Positions 8,906 to 18,637 of a stretch of DNA of 64,000 nucleotides are shown here, piece after piece. The translations under genes were made by a program, and so were the position numbers. The notes beneath the pieces were generated by a model. The model had not been told where the DNA came from and made no database searches. It was given only the letters and a program-made list of their open reading frames with translations. Source of the stretch: a virus; the IMG/VR virus record IMGVR_UViG_3300030118_001869, positions 50,107 to 114,106 of that record, one strand, 5' to 3'. How positions within the stretch are numbered: position 1 is the stretch's first letter; each line of letters opens with the position of its first letter.

Positions 8906-9258
8906 AACAAATATGCAGCTTCAGTTCCAGCATCTCCCGGCTGGATTTTATAATCTTTAGCTTTCTTTGTTATCTTTCTCTCAGCCTCTATTTCTTTTTG
9001 TAAGTTAGCTAAAGCTCTCCAGGCAACCTTGGCAGAGTGACGTTGTCCATCATCATCCAATTTACCTGCATCTATAAGGTGGCGAGCTAGTGCATCAAGT
9101 TCATCTGTGCTCTTTGCTCTATCCCAATGCAAAGGTTTATCTGGATGGTGCTGTTGATTTCCAGCTAAGGAAACTTTAGCAACCTCCATTATTGCATCAG
9201 GAAAATACTTTAACACTCCTGTGTATACAGGGCGTTCCTTTCTTTGTTTTGCATCCAT
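8902..9258 (-). CDS. dATP/dGTP diphosphohydrolase domain protein (DUF5664-like)
   Basis: FPDAIMEVAKVSLAG...W...DALARHL...DDDGQRHSAKVAWRAL; start refined to MDAKQ. Confidence 0.8.
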   Translation of the reverse strand: MDAKQRKERPVYTGVLKYFPDAIMEVAKVSLAGNQQHHPDKPLHWDRAKSTDELDALARHLIDAGKLDDDGQRHSAKVAWRALANLQKEIEAERKITKKAKDYKIQPGDAGTEAAYLL

Positions 9259-9259
9259 A

Positions 9260-9490
9260 TTATTCCCATAAACTATCATGTGCAAGACTTCTATGATACT
9301 CCCATCTTTTGCGGGCGTCCATAATAGAGTCTTGTTTCTTATATATAATGGTATCATTATTATCTATATACCAATCTAACACCTCTGGATCTTTATCCGG
9401 GTTATATACATTTTGCTTACATCCTAAGAAGTGAAACAAAACCAACATATATAACAATGTCAATAGTATAAAATAAAGTCTTTCTTTCAT
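9260..9490 (-). CDS. Putative small lipoprotein
   Basis: Hydrophobic signal ending FLGC. Confidence 0.55.
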   Translation of the reverse strand: MKERLYFILLTLLYMLVLFHFLGCKQNVYNPDKDPEVLDWYIDNNDTIIYKKQDSIMDARKRWEYHRSLAHDSLWE

Positions 9491-9655
9491 AAATCATATT
9501 TTAAGAGTAAGATGGGCTGCTGGCTTAATTTAATCAATTATGTTCCAGTTGGTTGCAGCCCATTCAAACTCAAGTTTAATCATGCCATGAGTCAGAGAAA
9601 ACTATATACCTTAACAATACATATATTAATAAGATACTAAAAGCAAACTTCCAGA

Positions 9656-10555
9656 TCACCTTACTAAGTTCTCTACTCTGTTTTGGACAATGTCTACATC
9701 TACTGTATTAGGTACTTCTAACCAATCAGTATCATCTATCTTTGTTTCTGATACCTTAGTGTTAGGGTCATACATAGTAGTAACAACAGTTTTTGTCTCA
9801 CTATTAATATTAGTACCATTTAGTTGTGCAGTAATGTAATCATGAAACTTCTGCATGTCTCTCAACCATGTACGTGGATGAGATTTTTTAAGTGCATGTG
9901 TTACATGATTATAAAATGACCAAGCCTTATCACTGCTACAATTGTAGTTATATGATGGCTTATTCATTTCTGCTTTGACAATACTCATTTGTGTATTATC
10001 TAGGATATCAAGATCACAATATAACATTCCAAGCATCTTAGCTTGCTCTTCTTTTGTAAGATTTGTATTTCTTAAGAAGTCTCTGTCATCAATAATCTTT
10101 CTAAATGTTAGCTCAGCTCTTTTTATTTGACTTGATATCTGCGCTGAGATATCTGCATCAGCTGAACCAGTGTGCTTACGTGCAAAGTTCATAAGATCTC
10201 CACTACATGTACCATTGTAGCATACCATAACGTATCCTCCAATAGAACATTGAAATCTAGTGGACTTATCATATGAGTTTGTCCAGGCAAACATCATTCC
10301 AAGTTCAGTCTCTGTGCTGACCTTTTCATCTGTAGTTGTAAGTGGACTAATATGATATATCCCCTGTGCTACATTGGCATTCATATTAGCTCTATACATC
10401 TCTTTTGTTACACTAAATCCGCTATCATTTAGCATCTTTAATGTTGTGTCTATTACCCTAGCATGGGGTATGACTGTATAGCTTTTACCATGTGTTGGTA
10501 AAGGTTGCGACTCAAGATATGTTCTTGTAGTCTCTGTTGGTTTTGTGTATCCCAT
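9656..10555 (-). CDS. DUF932-like phage protein
   Basis: Y..IPH, NSYDKS, VCYNG, RKHTG, WSFYNHVTH motifs. Confidence 0.7.
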   Translation of the reverse strand: MGYTKPTETTRTYLESQPLPTHGKSYTVIPHARVIDTTLKMLNDSGFSVTKEMYRANMNANVAQGIYHISPLTTTDEKVSTETELGMMFAWTNSYDKSTRFQCSIGGYVMVCYNGTCSGDLMNFARKHTGSADADISAQISSQIKRAELTFRKIIDDRDFLRNTNLTKEEQAKMLGMLYCDLDILDNTQMSIVKAEMNKPSYNYNCSSDKAWSFYNHVTHALKKSHPRTWLRDMQKFHDYITAQLNGTNINSETKTVVTTMYDPNTKVSETKIDDTDWLEVPNTVDVDIVQNRVENLVR

Positions 10556-10590
10556 AATATATAAACTTTAAAAGTGTAAATATAAGTAAA

Positions 10591-10791
10591 TCATTTTGAT
10601 ATAGCAAGTTTTTCTTCCTCAATCCACTTGATAAATCCGTCTTCTTCTGCTATTTTCTTAGCATGTTTTTCTGACAGAGCCCAAACACCCATCCATTTTT
10701 TGTGAACATCAGGGTTTGGTGCACTCCACATTTTTTCATGTGGAATGTACCATACATTGAAGAACTTTTGCCCTTTAAATTTATTTTTCAT
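10591..10791 (-). CDS. Hypothetical protein
   Basis: ORF track, in operon. Confidence 0.6.
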   Translation of the reverse strand: MKNKFKGQKFFNVWYIPHEKMWSAPNPDVHKKWMGVWALSEKHAKKIAEEDGFIKWIEEEKLAISK

Positions 10792-10793
10792 AA

Positions 10794-12785
10794 TTAAAAT
10801 AATTCTAGTTGACTTGTAGAAACTTTAAGTATATTATTTATCTCTTGTTCTATTGCAGATATATAATATGCCTTATCAATATTATATGCTTCCCATTGTG
10901 GTTCTACTTTCATTTTATTGAATATAGTTTGTAACCACTTACCAGATTCTAATTGTATCTCTCTATGATCATTCTTATTGACTTTAATAATCTTGACACC
11001 AGTTTTGGAAATATAATATCTATTAATCTTTTGTAACTTATTCTCAATAAACTCTCCTCCATCAATAGTTCTAGAAACTTGTTGCCAATCACCTTTAGAC
11101 TTACCACCTATGCAGTAATCTAAAATGTTTTTGTTTTGTTCTAAATAATCTTGAGGAAGCATATCATGAATAAAATAATAAAAGATAGCTTTTGGTATAA
11201 TAAGTTTAGATTTGTTCTTATGTAACATTAAGTTATGGAAGTCAAACCTACCCTTGAGCTTTGTTGGAGCACAATAGAACTTATCTTTATCTACTTTGTA
11301 TAGATAATGAGGATTCTTTTGCTTCAACGTTCTGAACTCTTCTATTGATACTTGTCTAAATTTGTTTAACCCTATGTAATTATTTACATCACCAAGTATT
11401 AACTTCTGATATTCATCATGCTCAAGTTGTAGATTTGTTATATCTTCCCATTCCTTACATACCTCTAGATACTTATCTTTCTGATCCCTAGGTATTCTAA
11501 TCTCTATACCATCTGTATTCTGTAGTAATGATACTGAACCAGGTATAGCTTCCATAATCATTTCATACAGCATCATCAACGTTAGTTGACCGTTTACTGT
11601 AATCTTCATACAGAGCTCTGGATCATAGAAGAAACTATTCACATCATTACTCAAGCCAAATGTTGAGTTTAATATAATCTTATAAACATAGTTCATAGGA
11701 TTACTTTTAGGTATCTTCTTTCTTTCTTTGAAGAACCATTCATACTGATCACAAAACATATCCGCAGGGAAATGTCCTGGTGACCATCTGTTCTTGATAA
11801 CAAGATTTGGATAGAATGAAGTAACATCTGAAGACATTATAATATTATCTTCATCTGATTCATAAACTCCAGGTTGACGTGCACCATGTGCACCACCTAA
11901 ACCAAAGTGTGTAGTTACACCTTTATAACTAACATTGTATTTAAATCCACGTCTTGAGTTAGATGGATCTAGCTCAACATGCTTAAATCTATCTAATAAT
12001 ACATTAAACTCTGGAGACTTAAAATTTATATAAGGCAGTATTATATCTTTGAACTTTATAGTTTCTCTATAAGTTCTCATTCTTTTTAATTCTGCCTTTG
12101 GTATATTTAAAAGGTTAGATAAGTAATAACCAAATAGTTCTTTACTTATCCTTGGTTCAGATGCACTAAACAAGTTGATACCATACTCCTTAGTCAATGC
12201 TTTACGTAAACTAACTAAAGACTTTGACCTATTAAATATTTCTTTTGTTGATTCAACATCATTAATACAATATTCAATTACAGTATCTATTTGTTCTTGT
12301 GTCTCAATTCTTGTCTCATGAGACAATGGCATGTCTAATATATTTTGCCAATCCATACTGTACTGAATCCACTTCAAGCTTGAACGCTTTGCTGGATTAT
12401 CCCAGTGATGCATTTTAAATATATCTATCTGCCCAATAACCATCTTCCAAAGAGGATACTCTGAAAACTTTTTATTGTTTGCATCTGATATTGTCTTTTG
12501 TGCATACCTATAAATAGCCCTGGCTACCTCATCAGCTGTTCCTTCAGTCCAGTCCTGATAGTTATCTATAATATAATGAGTGACTTGTGCATCAAAGGCT
12601 AAGCCGTTGAATGATATGTGCCACTCTCTGTTATTTACATTTTGTTTTAGGAACTCTATGAATTTATCTCTGTCATCTCTAAGCTCATGTATTACAAATA
12701 CTTTCTGCTCTTCTCCTTTGTAGTGTTTGAATACTGCCACAAAGCAATTAGACAAAGTCTCATAGTCCATTATCCAATGAGTCAT
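10794..12785 (-). CDS. polB: DNA polymerase family B
   Basis: Exo DYE, FNGLAFD, YCINDV; polymerase motifs SDVTSFYPN, KIILNSTFG, NTDG. Confidence 0.92.
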   Translation of the reverse strand: MTHWIMDYETLSNCFVAVFKHYKGEEQKVFVIHELRDDRDKFIEFLKQNVNNREWHISFNGLAFDAQVTHYIIDNYQDWTEGTADEVARAIYRYAQKTISDANNKKFSEYPLWKMVIGQIDIFKMHHWDNPAKRSSLKWIQYSMDWQNILDMPLSHETRIETQEQIDTVIEYCINDVESTKEIFNRSKSLVSLRKALTKEYGINLFSASEPRISKELFGYYLSNLLNIPKAELKRMRTYRETIKFKDIILPYINFKSPEFNVLLDRFKHVELDPSNSRRGFKYNVSYKGVTTHFGLGGAHGARQPGVYESDEDNIIMSSDVTSFYPNLVIKNRWSPGHFPADMFCDQYEWFFKERKKIPKSNPMNYVYKIILNSTFGLSNDVNSFFYDPELCMKITVNGQLTLMMLYEMIMEAIPGSVSLLQNTDGIEIRIPRDQKDKYLEVCKEWEDITNLQLEHDEYQKLILGDVNNYIGLNKFRQVSIEEFRTLKQKNPHYLYKVDKDKFYCAPTKLKGRFDFHNLMLHKNKSKLIIPKAIFYYFIHDMLPQDYLEQNKNILDYCIGGKSKGDWQQVSRTIDGGEFIENKLQKINRYYISKTGVKIIKVNKNDHREIQLESGKWLQTIFNKMKVEPQWEAYNIDKAYYISAIEQEINNILKVSTSQLELF

Positions 12786-12804
12786 ATGCTAAATATTATT
12801 AGTT

Positions 12805-12830
12805 AAAAAAAGGGCCACAATGTAGCCCTT
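12805..12830 (-). terminator. Intrinsic terminator upstream of polB
   Basis: AAGGGCTACA-t-TGTGGCCCTT followed by T-run on - strand. Confidence 0.6.
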
Positions 12831-12859
12831 CATTTAAAATCAAAAAAACAAAAACAAAA

Positions 12860-13273
12860 TTACAGTTCTGTGATGATCTTAGATACTTTAGTATCTTTGA
12901 TTTCTACATCCGTGAACTGTTTATAATCAAACGTATCTGCATTAATTGCAAATATGTTTATGAAATTATCTATATCATTTTTCTCAGCAATATAGTATTC
13001 TGAATAAGTTTGTTGACTTACTCTTTGTTCTTTTACAGTTTTACCGGTTGTCTTATTAGGAACCTTAAGCCTCATTGGTTGACCTTCATCATTTAATCTT
13101 GGTACCATATGAAATGATTGTTTACTATTCACTCCAATACATGCTAAGATACCTGATGATGGATCAAACATGGCTTCAATATACGGAGCATCTTTGCTCA
13201 CAGGAATTAAATTAAAACTCTTAGCTCCTCTAAAAGAAGAGTTAACAAGCATCATGTTTTTACCTATACTCAT
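12860..13273 (-). CDS. Hypothetical protein
   Basis: ORF track; TATCTTTG box at 13288-13295 just upstream. Confidence 0.75.
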   Translation of the reverse strand: MSIGKNMMLVNSSFRGAKSFNLIPVSKDAPYIEAMFDPSSGILACIGVNSKQSFHMVPRLNDEGQPMRLKVPNKTTGKTVKEQRVSQQTYSEYYIAEKNDIDNFINIFAINADTFDYKQFTDVEIKDTKVSKIITEL

Positions 13274-13860
13274 ATTTGATTTTTATCCAAAGATAATGAA
13301 TTTTTGAAATTATGCAAATCTATTTTCATAGGATATGAATAAAATAATGTTTCTTTTATCTCATCAGGCGGACTACAAACTTCATATACATCCTGTATAA
13401 GTTCAAGATCAACATCAAAGTAATTTGCATACAATTTATGTATCTCTTCTTCTGGTGTAAGAAAAGACTTCACATATGATGATATCCTACCTTGTCCTCC
13501 AAAGAACTCCAAGATAGCTATCTTACTGTTTATGCTAAATGCAGAATATCTTCCCTCAATAAATTTATCATAGTCATGCCTATAATCTTTCATGTCAAAG
13601 ATTATAAGTTGTTCATCACCTAGATCATAGTGTTCCATTTGATTTTGTAATAACGGTAAATGGTCTAGCTGAAACTTAATAAATGCCTCATTACACTTAG
13701 TTTTGTATACACAAATAAATTTATAATCAAGATGGTCATAGATTTCATCCCAAAAACAATAAGTTTCTGATGGGACAAAGTCTATTCCCTTCTTTAATCT
13801 TAGTAAAGGATATAAAAATACTTTACTTTTTTGAAAATATTCTGTATATACACCTCTCAT
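13270..13860 (-). CDS. Hypothetical protein
   Basis: ORF track, overlapping neighbours. Confidence 0.75.
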   Translation of the reverse strand: MRGVYTEYFQKSKVFLYPLLRLKKGIDFVPSETYCFWDEIYDHLDYKFICVYKTKCNEAFIKFQLDHLPLLQNQMEHYDLGDEQLIIFDMKDYRHDYDKFIEGRYSAFSINSKIAILEFFGGQGRISSYVKSFLTPEEEIHKLYANYFDVDLELIQDVYEVCSPPDEIKETLFYSYPMKIDLHNFKNSLSLDKNQI

Positions 13861-13862
13861 AC

Positions 13863-14846
13863 TTATAAATTAACCCTTCTTACTAAGAATTCATAGGGTA
13901 AATTAAAGTTTTTGGTGTCAAAATGGTATTTTGCAGCCTCTAAAGCGTTAAATAAGTCATTCATCCAGCTTGACATAGACTCAATTGATACATTAAATAT
14001 GTAAACTTGATCATAACTATCAATAACAATAAATCTAAATCTTATAGTATAATCTTTCTTGTCATCCGGTAGATTTTCAAAGACTAATTTACTATATATA
14101 GAAGATTGTAACCAGTAATTATAGTACTCTACAGTATCTTTGAAGTCAGTAATACTCTTTGATGTTGTCTTCAAATCATATATAGTTACTTCCTTTGTGT
14201 CATCATTAATTTCATAGAAGTCTATATAGCCATGTAAACCAAAGTTATAGTCCTTTAAATCACACTGTAGATATGCTTCTGCATGTGTAGTTATAGGATC
14301 TAATTCAAAGTCTGATTTCTTTTGAGCCAATGCTGTTTGAACTTCTTCATTACTATTTAGTAGCTCAACTCTTTCTTTGCATTTATTAAGAGTATCAAGA
14401 TCTATAATGTTCTTAATATCATTCATAATAAATGCCCAGTAATCTGCATTGTCTGCAGTCCTGATCTTAGCTAACCTCTGCTCATCTTTCTTTAGTGACT
14501 GATACAGGTTAATCTCTTTAAGAGAATCTAATATAACAAAGTCTTCAACTTTCTCAAGCGTAACAGCATCTGTGTAGTTAGTCATATTATATAATACTTT
14601 CTTTACACTATCTGATGGTGTCTTACCTGGGACAATCTTAAACTTTTCATTAAGCTTGTCTGCTTCAAATAGAAGGCAGTGTATAACACTACCCTCTATA
14701 AGATGCTTGTCTAACCTAATCTCTTTTTCTTTCAGTATATAATCCTTATAAAATAAAGAAGGAGAGAATAACAATCTATTCAATGAAGAATAGCTGAAGT
14801 TAAAGTCCTTGCTAAAGAACTCCTCTTCTTTTTGTTTATCTACCAT
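13863..14846 (-). CDS. PD-(D/E)XK exonuclease (RecB/RecE-like)
   Basis: SYSSL, GSVIHCLL, HGYIDF...YDLKTT, YWLQSSIY. Confidence 0.8.
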   Translation of the reverse strand: MVDKQKEEEFFSKDFNFSYSSLNRLLFSPSLFYKDYILKEKEIRLDKHLIEGSVIHCLLFEADKLNEKFKIVPGKTPSDSVKKVLYNMTNYTDAVTLEKVEDFVILDSLKEINLYQSLKKDEQRLAKIRTADNADYWAFIMNDIKNIIDLDTLNKCKERVELLNSNEEVQTALAQKKSDFELDPITTHAEAYLQCDLKDYNFGLHGYIDFYEINDDTKEVTIYDLKTTSKSITDFKDTVEYYNYWLQSSIYSKLVFENLPDDKKDYTIRFRFIVIDSYDQVYIFNVSIESMSSWMNDLFNALEAAKYHFDTKNFNLPYEFLVRRVNL

Positions 14847-14847
14847 T

Positions 14848-14976
14848 TTATTTAAATAAGAATAAAAGTAATATTATAGCAAAGCATACAAGTAAACTAT
14901 AGCCTGCAACCTTTTCAGTTTGCTCTACTCTATACTTACTTCTACCTTGTCTATATTTAAAATCATCTTCTGTCAT
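14848..14976 (-). CDS. 42-aa tail-anchored membrane microprotein
   Basis: Manual translation MTEDDFKYRQGRSKYRVEQTEKVAGYSLLVCFAIILLLFLFK; fills the operon gap. Confidence 0.55.
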   Translation of the reverse strand: MTEDDFKYRQGRSKYRVEQTEKVAGYSLLVCFAIILLLFLFK

Positions 14977-15130
14977 AGTTACTTAATTTTTGTTGAAGTT
15001 TTTGAATTTGTAATTTTCTCTTGGAACTAAATGGTAAAGATTTTAATTTAAGTATTTCATCAATTATTTTATCTTGATCTTTACGTAAATATTCTTTACC
15101 ATTCTCTCCAAAATGCCCCAGATCTCCCAT
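14963..15130 (-). CDS. 55-aa hypothetical protein
   Basis: Manual translation MGDLGHFGENGKEYLRKDQDKIIDEILKLKSLP...; abuts both neighbours. Confidence 0.55.
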   Translation of the reverse strand: MGDLGHFGENGKEYLRKDQDKIIDEILKLKSLPFSSKRKLQIQKLQQKLSNYDRR

Positions 15131-15132
15131 AG

Positions 15133-16332
15133 TTAAAATGGTAAATCATCAAAGCCGTCAGGCTGAGTTAGTTCTTCTATAATCTCTTTTCCTGATTGCT
15201 TTTTAATAATACAGTTTTTATACTCCGGTGCAAGTTTAATATCCTCTATACTAACATTAAATACAGGATTCTTGTCCTTACCAAAACCATATCTAACTAC
15301 TACTTCTTTATGTACAGTTTCTCTAATAGTTTTCCAAGCCCATTCTGTTAATGATTGCTCTTTAACTAATTCAGCCATAAGCTTTTCATAAACTTGTATC
15401 TGATAATAGTTTGTATTATGTGGAGTAATATCTTGTAAACGCTCTCTCAAAGCTTTTACATTTACTGTATTCCAGTTATTTGCATACCGTATATCATCAT
15501 AGTTCATTGTCCACATAAATGCTACTTTATCTAGGCATTCCTCTACATTACAATTAGCAAGCATTTCTACAGCTAATGATACTGCATCATTATCTCCTGA
15601 TTTTAACATCTGTGTTGTACTTACAACTTCATCCTCTGTAATTATATGTGAATCTTCATTACATATCTTGTTAATACACTTATCTAATACAAGACGGTTC
15701 TTTGTAAGTTCTCTGAATTGATTTACGTTTTCATTCTCAAGTATTACAGAATAATTACCAGGATAATTATTATCCTCAATAAACTTTCTAGATGCTTTAT
15801 TCCAATCATCATAGAATATATTTATTTCATCAGATGAATTATAACTATATCCAGTTTTAATTGCAACATGACAAGTGTCACCTAGCTTATTATAAAGAGA
15901 TTCAATGTTATCAATAAAAGAATCACTATATATAAACTTATCACTATGCTTTTTTAGTGTTTCTATAAATAGATTTAAATAATCTTTTGTATAGTAATTA
16001 TCCCAAGTTTCCGTTAGAAGACTTGCAACTAGTTTATTAGATACAATACTGTAATTAGCTTTCTTCTGATCTCTAACAACTCTTACATTATATTTATCTT
16101 TTAATGTATCTAGTTTTACCCTAGGTAATGATAACTTAGGATATCTATATAATGTAGCACCATCTATTTCAATCATATCTGGTTCAGTTGCAATATCTAA
16201 TTTTACTAGGTTTGCTACTGGTTCATTCCAACCAGTTTTTGCACCTACAAAATATCCAACATTGTCAACCTTACCTTCAAGCTTTTCTTTAGATGAGTCA
16301 CTACTTATGGTTAATCTATATGCTCTATTCAT
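15133..16332 (-). CDS. Hypothetical protein, BRCT-like segment, probable paralog of 16325-17347
   Basis: YRYPKLSLPRVKL..LKDKYNVRVVRDQKKANYSIV; ends DDLPF. Confidence 0.7.
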   Translation of the reverse strand: MNRAYRLTISSDSSKEKLEGKVDNVGYFVGAKTGWNEPVANLVKLDIATEPDMIEIDGATLYRYPKLSLPRVKLDTLKDKYNVRVVRDQKKANYSIVSNKLVASLLTETWDNYYTKDYLNLFIETLKKHSDKFIYSDSFIDNIESLYNKLGDTCHVAIKTGYSYNSSDEINIFYDDWNKASRKFIEDNNYPGNYSVILENENVNQFRELTKNRLVLDKCINKICNEDSHIITEDEVVSTTQMLKSGDNDAVSLAVEMLANCNVEECLDKVAFMWTMNYDDIRYANNWNTVNVKALRERLQDITPHNTNYYQIQVYEKLMAELVKEQSLTEWAWKTIRETVHKEVVVRYGFGKDKNPVFNVSIEDIKLAPEYKNCIIKKQSGKEIIEELTQPDGFDDLPF

Positions 16333-17347
16333 TTTTTTCTAATTTTAAATATTCACGATACTCAGGTTTTACTGCAACCTTAAAGACATACAAATCTCTA
16401 TTAGAAATTCTTATCTCTTTTCTTACTATAGGCTCCAAGTATCTGAATGCTCTTGAAGTTAATAAATTATTTTCTTTTAGCCAAACAATCATCATCTCTG
16501 CAGTATAGTCTGTATAATCTTCAATACCTGAGTTATGATACCAATACTTTAGATCTTTATCTCTTCTAGCATAGTATATTTCATTACCACATTCTTGAGA
16601 AAGTTTCCATAATAGATGACGATTAATATCTGGATCTATTGTAGGAAGCATCTTGAATGCTAATGCTCTGTCATCTCCTCCTGCATTTATTTGTGATATT
16701 AGCATGTTAAGCATATCATGTGTTAGGGCTTGTCTTGTTGAAGATTCACCCATCACAGTTTCTACATCTATAACTGGAAAGTTCTGAGTACCTATCATAT
16801 AAGATAATACTAGTGCAGCACCTGTAAAGTAATCCATTTCATATAAGCTATCACTATCCTCATCATCCCATGACCATGTTCCACCATACTCTGCTTCATC
16901 TTTCTCTTGTTGATATAACAAATACACATCATTTCCTTTGATATGGTATGCATGATAGTTCCAAAGACTTGCTAGCAACATTTTAGTATTTATGTTAGCA
17001 CTGCTTTGATATTCTCCACTAATAGAATGATGAGTTATCACTGCATCAGCTTCATTTATATCAGTGGTAAGTTTTATACCATGCTCTTTCAAGTTCTCCT
17101 TCAATCTATCTTGGCTTACACCACAGTTTGGAAGAAGAAATACTTTTTTATATCCCTGACCAATCAACGTTTTCTGTGTTGGTTTAGTTAATATCTGTTG
17201 TATCTCTTCTCTTTTTGTAGGATCCTGTGCTAAATATACAGGTAGTAGAGTACCGTAGGCAGACACATAGTGTACTTTACTTGTGTCTGCCAAATTGTGG
17301 TAATCTAATACAGTTTTATCTACATGTGTAAAAATGTATTTACTCAT
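16325..17347 (-). CDS. Hypothetical protein, BRCT-like segment
   Basis: FLLPNCGVSQDRLKENLKEHGIKLTTDINEADAVIT. Confidence 0.7.
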   Translation of the reverse strand: MSKYIFTHVDKTVLDYHNLADTSKVHYVSAYGTLLPVYLAQDPTKREEIQQILTKPTQKTLIGQGYKKVFLLPNCGVSQDRLKENLKEHGIKLTTDINEADAVITHHSISGEYQSSANINTKMLLASLWNYHAYHIKGNDVYLLYQQEKDEAEYGGTWSWDDEDSDSLYEMDYFTGAALVLSYMIGTQNFPVIDVETVMGESSTRQALTHDMLNMLISQINAGGDDRALAFKMLPTIDPDINRHLLWKLSQECGNEIYYARRDKDLKYWYHNSGIEDYTDYTAEMMIVWLKENNLLTSRAFRYLEPIVRKEIRISNRDLYVFKVAVKPEYREYLKLEKNE

Positions 17348-17349
17348 AA

Positions 17350-18630
17350 TTATTTCATTGTCATTTTAATAATTTCTGGTTTCATCATTAGCTTACTAAA
17401 CTTCTGCTTGTTACCATTATAGATAGTCCTTACAATAAGATATTTTAAATCATTTGTAAAGTAATCTTTTGTACATAATGCTTCAAGCCTATCAGTAATC
17501 TTTTGACTCACTGTATTATCTTTAGAATATACAACCGCATAGTTTGCAAGTCTTGTAGCTAATGTAGATGCAATGTCAGCACGATATGCATCTCCATCAC
17601 CAATACATCCTTTTAACTCACCAAGTATGTAATCTTGGTTATCATGAGTTAACAGATCCATTGGTGTTACAAGCTTATCTAACTTATTATTAATAAATGT
17701 AGTGAACATTGATGCAAATGCATCTCCTACACTACCTTCACCAATTAACTGTATCAAGGATAAGTTCTTTTCAAAAGACTCAAAGCTTGATATAGAATTA
17801 AAGAAGGTTGTTATAGACCTTGCATTTGTTTCTTGACTTACAAGCTCTGGATGCAATAACAAGAAGTTAATACATCTTGTATCTATATTTGCTTCTTCTG
17901 CCCATCTAGCCCAAACATTCACATCATACTTTAGATTTGCAGTAATATATCTAGTCTTCTGTGCTGCGTCAATACTATTAACCATATAGTCTCCATTGTC
18001 TGGATTTGCTGTCAATATAATATGCCAGTCTTCTGGTAATGTCCATGATATATACTGCTGTCTATCTACTAACTCCATCACTGCTTGTATGAATCTCATA
18101 TCAGCACGGTTCCAGTCATCTAATAATAGTATACCACCTTTTTTCTTATCAGCAATCCACTCAGGTGCACAGTAAGACATTCTATTCTTACCGGTCATCT
18201 TGTATCCTTGCTTAAGATATTCTTGTACTGCAAGTTCATCTACCCAAGATCCTATCTTTTTTGTTACAGTATTAGTAGTATTAAGATTAGCAAGGCTAGC
18301 GCCACCAGCTCTTTGTGCTGCTGTTACCATCTGTAAGTCATCACTACTGCTCTTTACGGGTATTTGCTTCTCTGTATACATTTGGAACTGACGTACAGGA
18401 AAACCTACAAGGTCACCTATCTCTTCTATCTGTGATAGATTTAATTTAACAAAGTCAAGGTCATTCTCTTTTGCAAGTTCAATAACCGTTGAAGTCTTAC
18501 CAATACCAGACTCACCAAGTATTTCTACTGAGACAGGATTCTTACCTTCTTTTCTTATATGTCTATTGTTTGTAATGATATGATTTACAAACCCTTTTAA
18601 TTCATCAATATTTAAATTTACTTCTGCCAT
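17350..18630 (-). CDS. MoxR-type AAA+ ATPase
   Basis: Walker A GESGIGKT, Walker B ILLLDDWNRAD, ILTANP, D.AQKTR; adjacent to a vWA gene. Confidence 0.85.
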   Translation of the reverse strand: MAEVNLNIDELKGFVNHIITNNRHIRKEGKNPVSVEILGESGIGKTSTVIELAKENDLDFVKLNLSQIEEIGDLVGFPVRQFQMYTEKQIPVKSSSDDLQMVTAAQRAGGASLANLNTTNTVTKKIGSWVDELAVQEYLKQGYKMTGKNRMSYCAPEWIADKKKGGILLLDDWNRADMRFIQAVMELVDRQQYISWTLPEDWHIILTANPDNGDYMVNSIDAAQKTRYITANLKYDVNVWARWAEEANIDTRCINFLLLHPELVSQETNARSITTFFNSISSFESFEKNLSLIQLIGEGSVGDAFASMFTTFINNKLDKLVTPMDLLTHDNQDYILGELKGCIGDGDAYRADIASTLATRLANYAVVYSKDNTVSQKITDRLEALCTKDYFTNDLKYLIVRTIYNGNKQKFSKLMMKPEIIKMTMK

Positions 18631-18637
18631 TTTAATT

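Noticed and set aside
10794-12785. Inteins or introns in polB, terL or nrd genes
   Set aside because: Uninterrupted ORFs of ordinary size, with no intein splice or LAGLIDADG motifs seen
8902-12785. Claim of a Z-genome (2-aminoadenine) pathway
   Set aside because: No PurZ or DpoZ-type family A polymerase in the window; the diphosphohydrolase alone is insufficient
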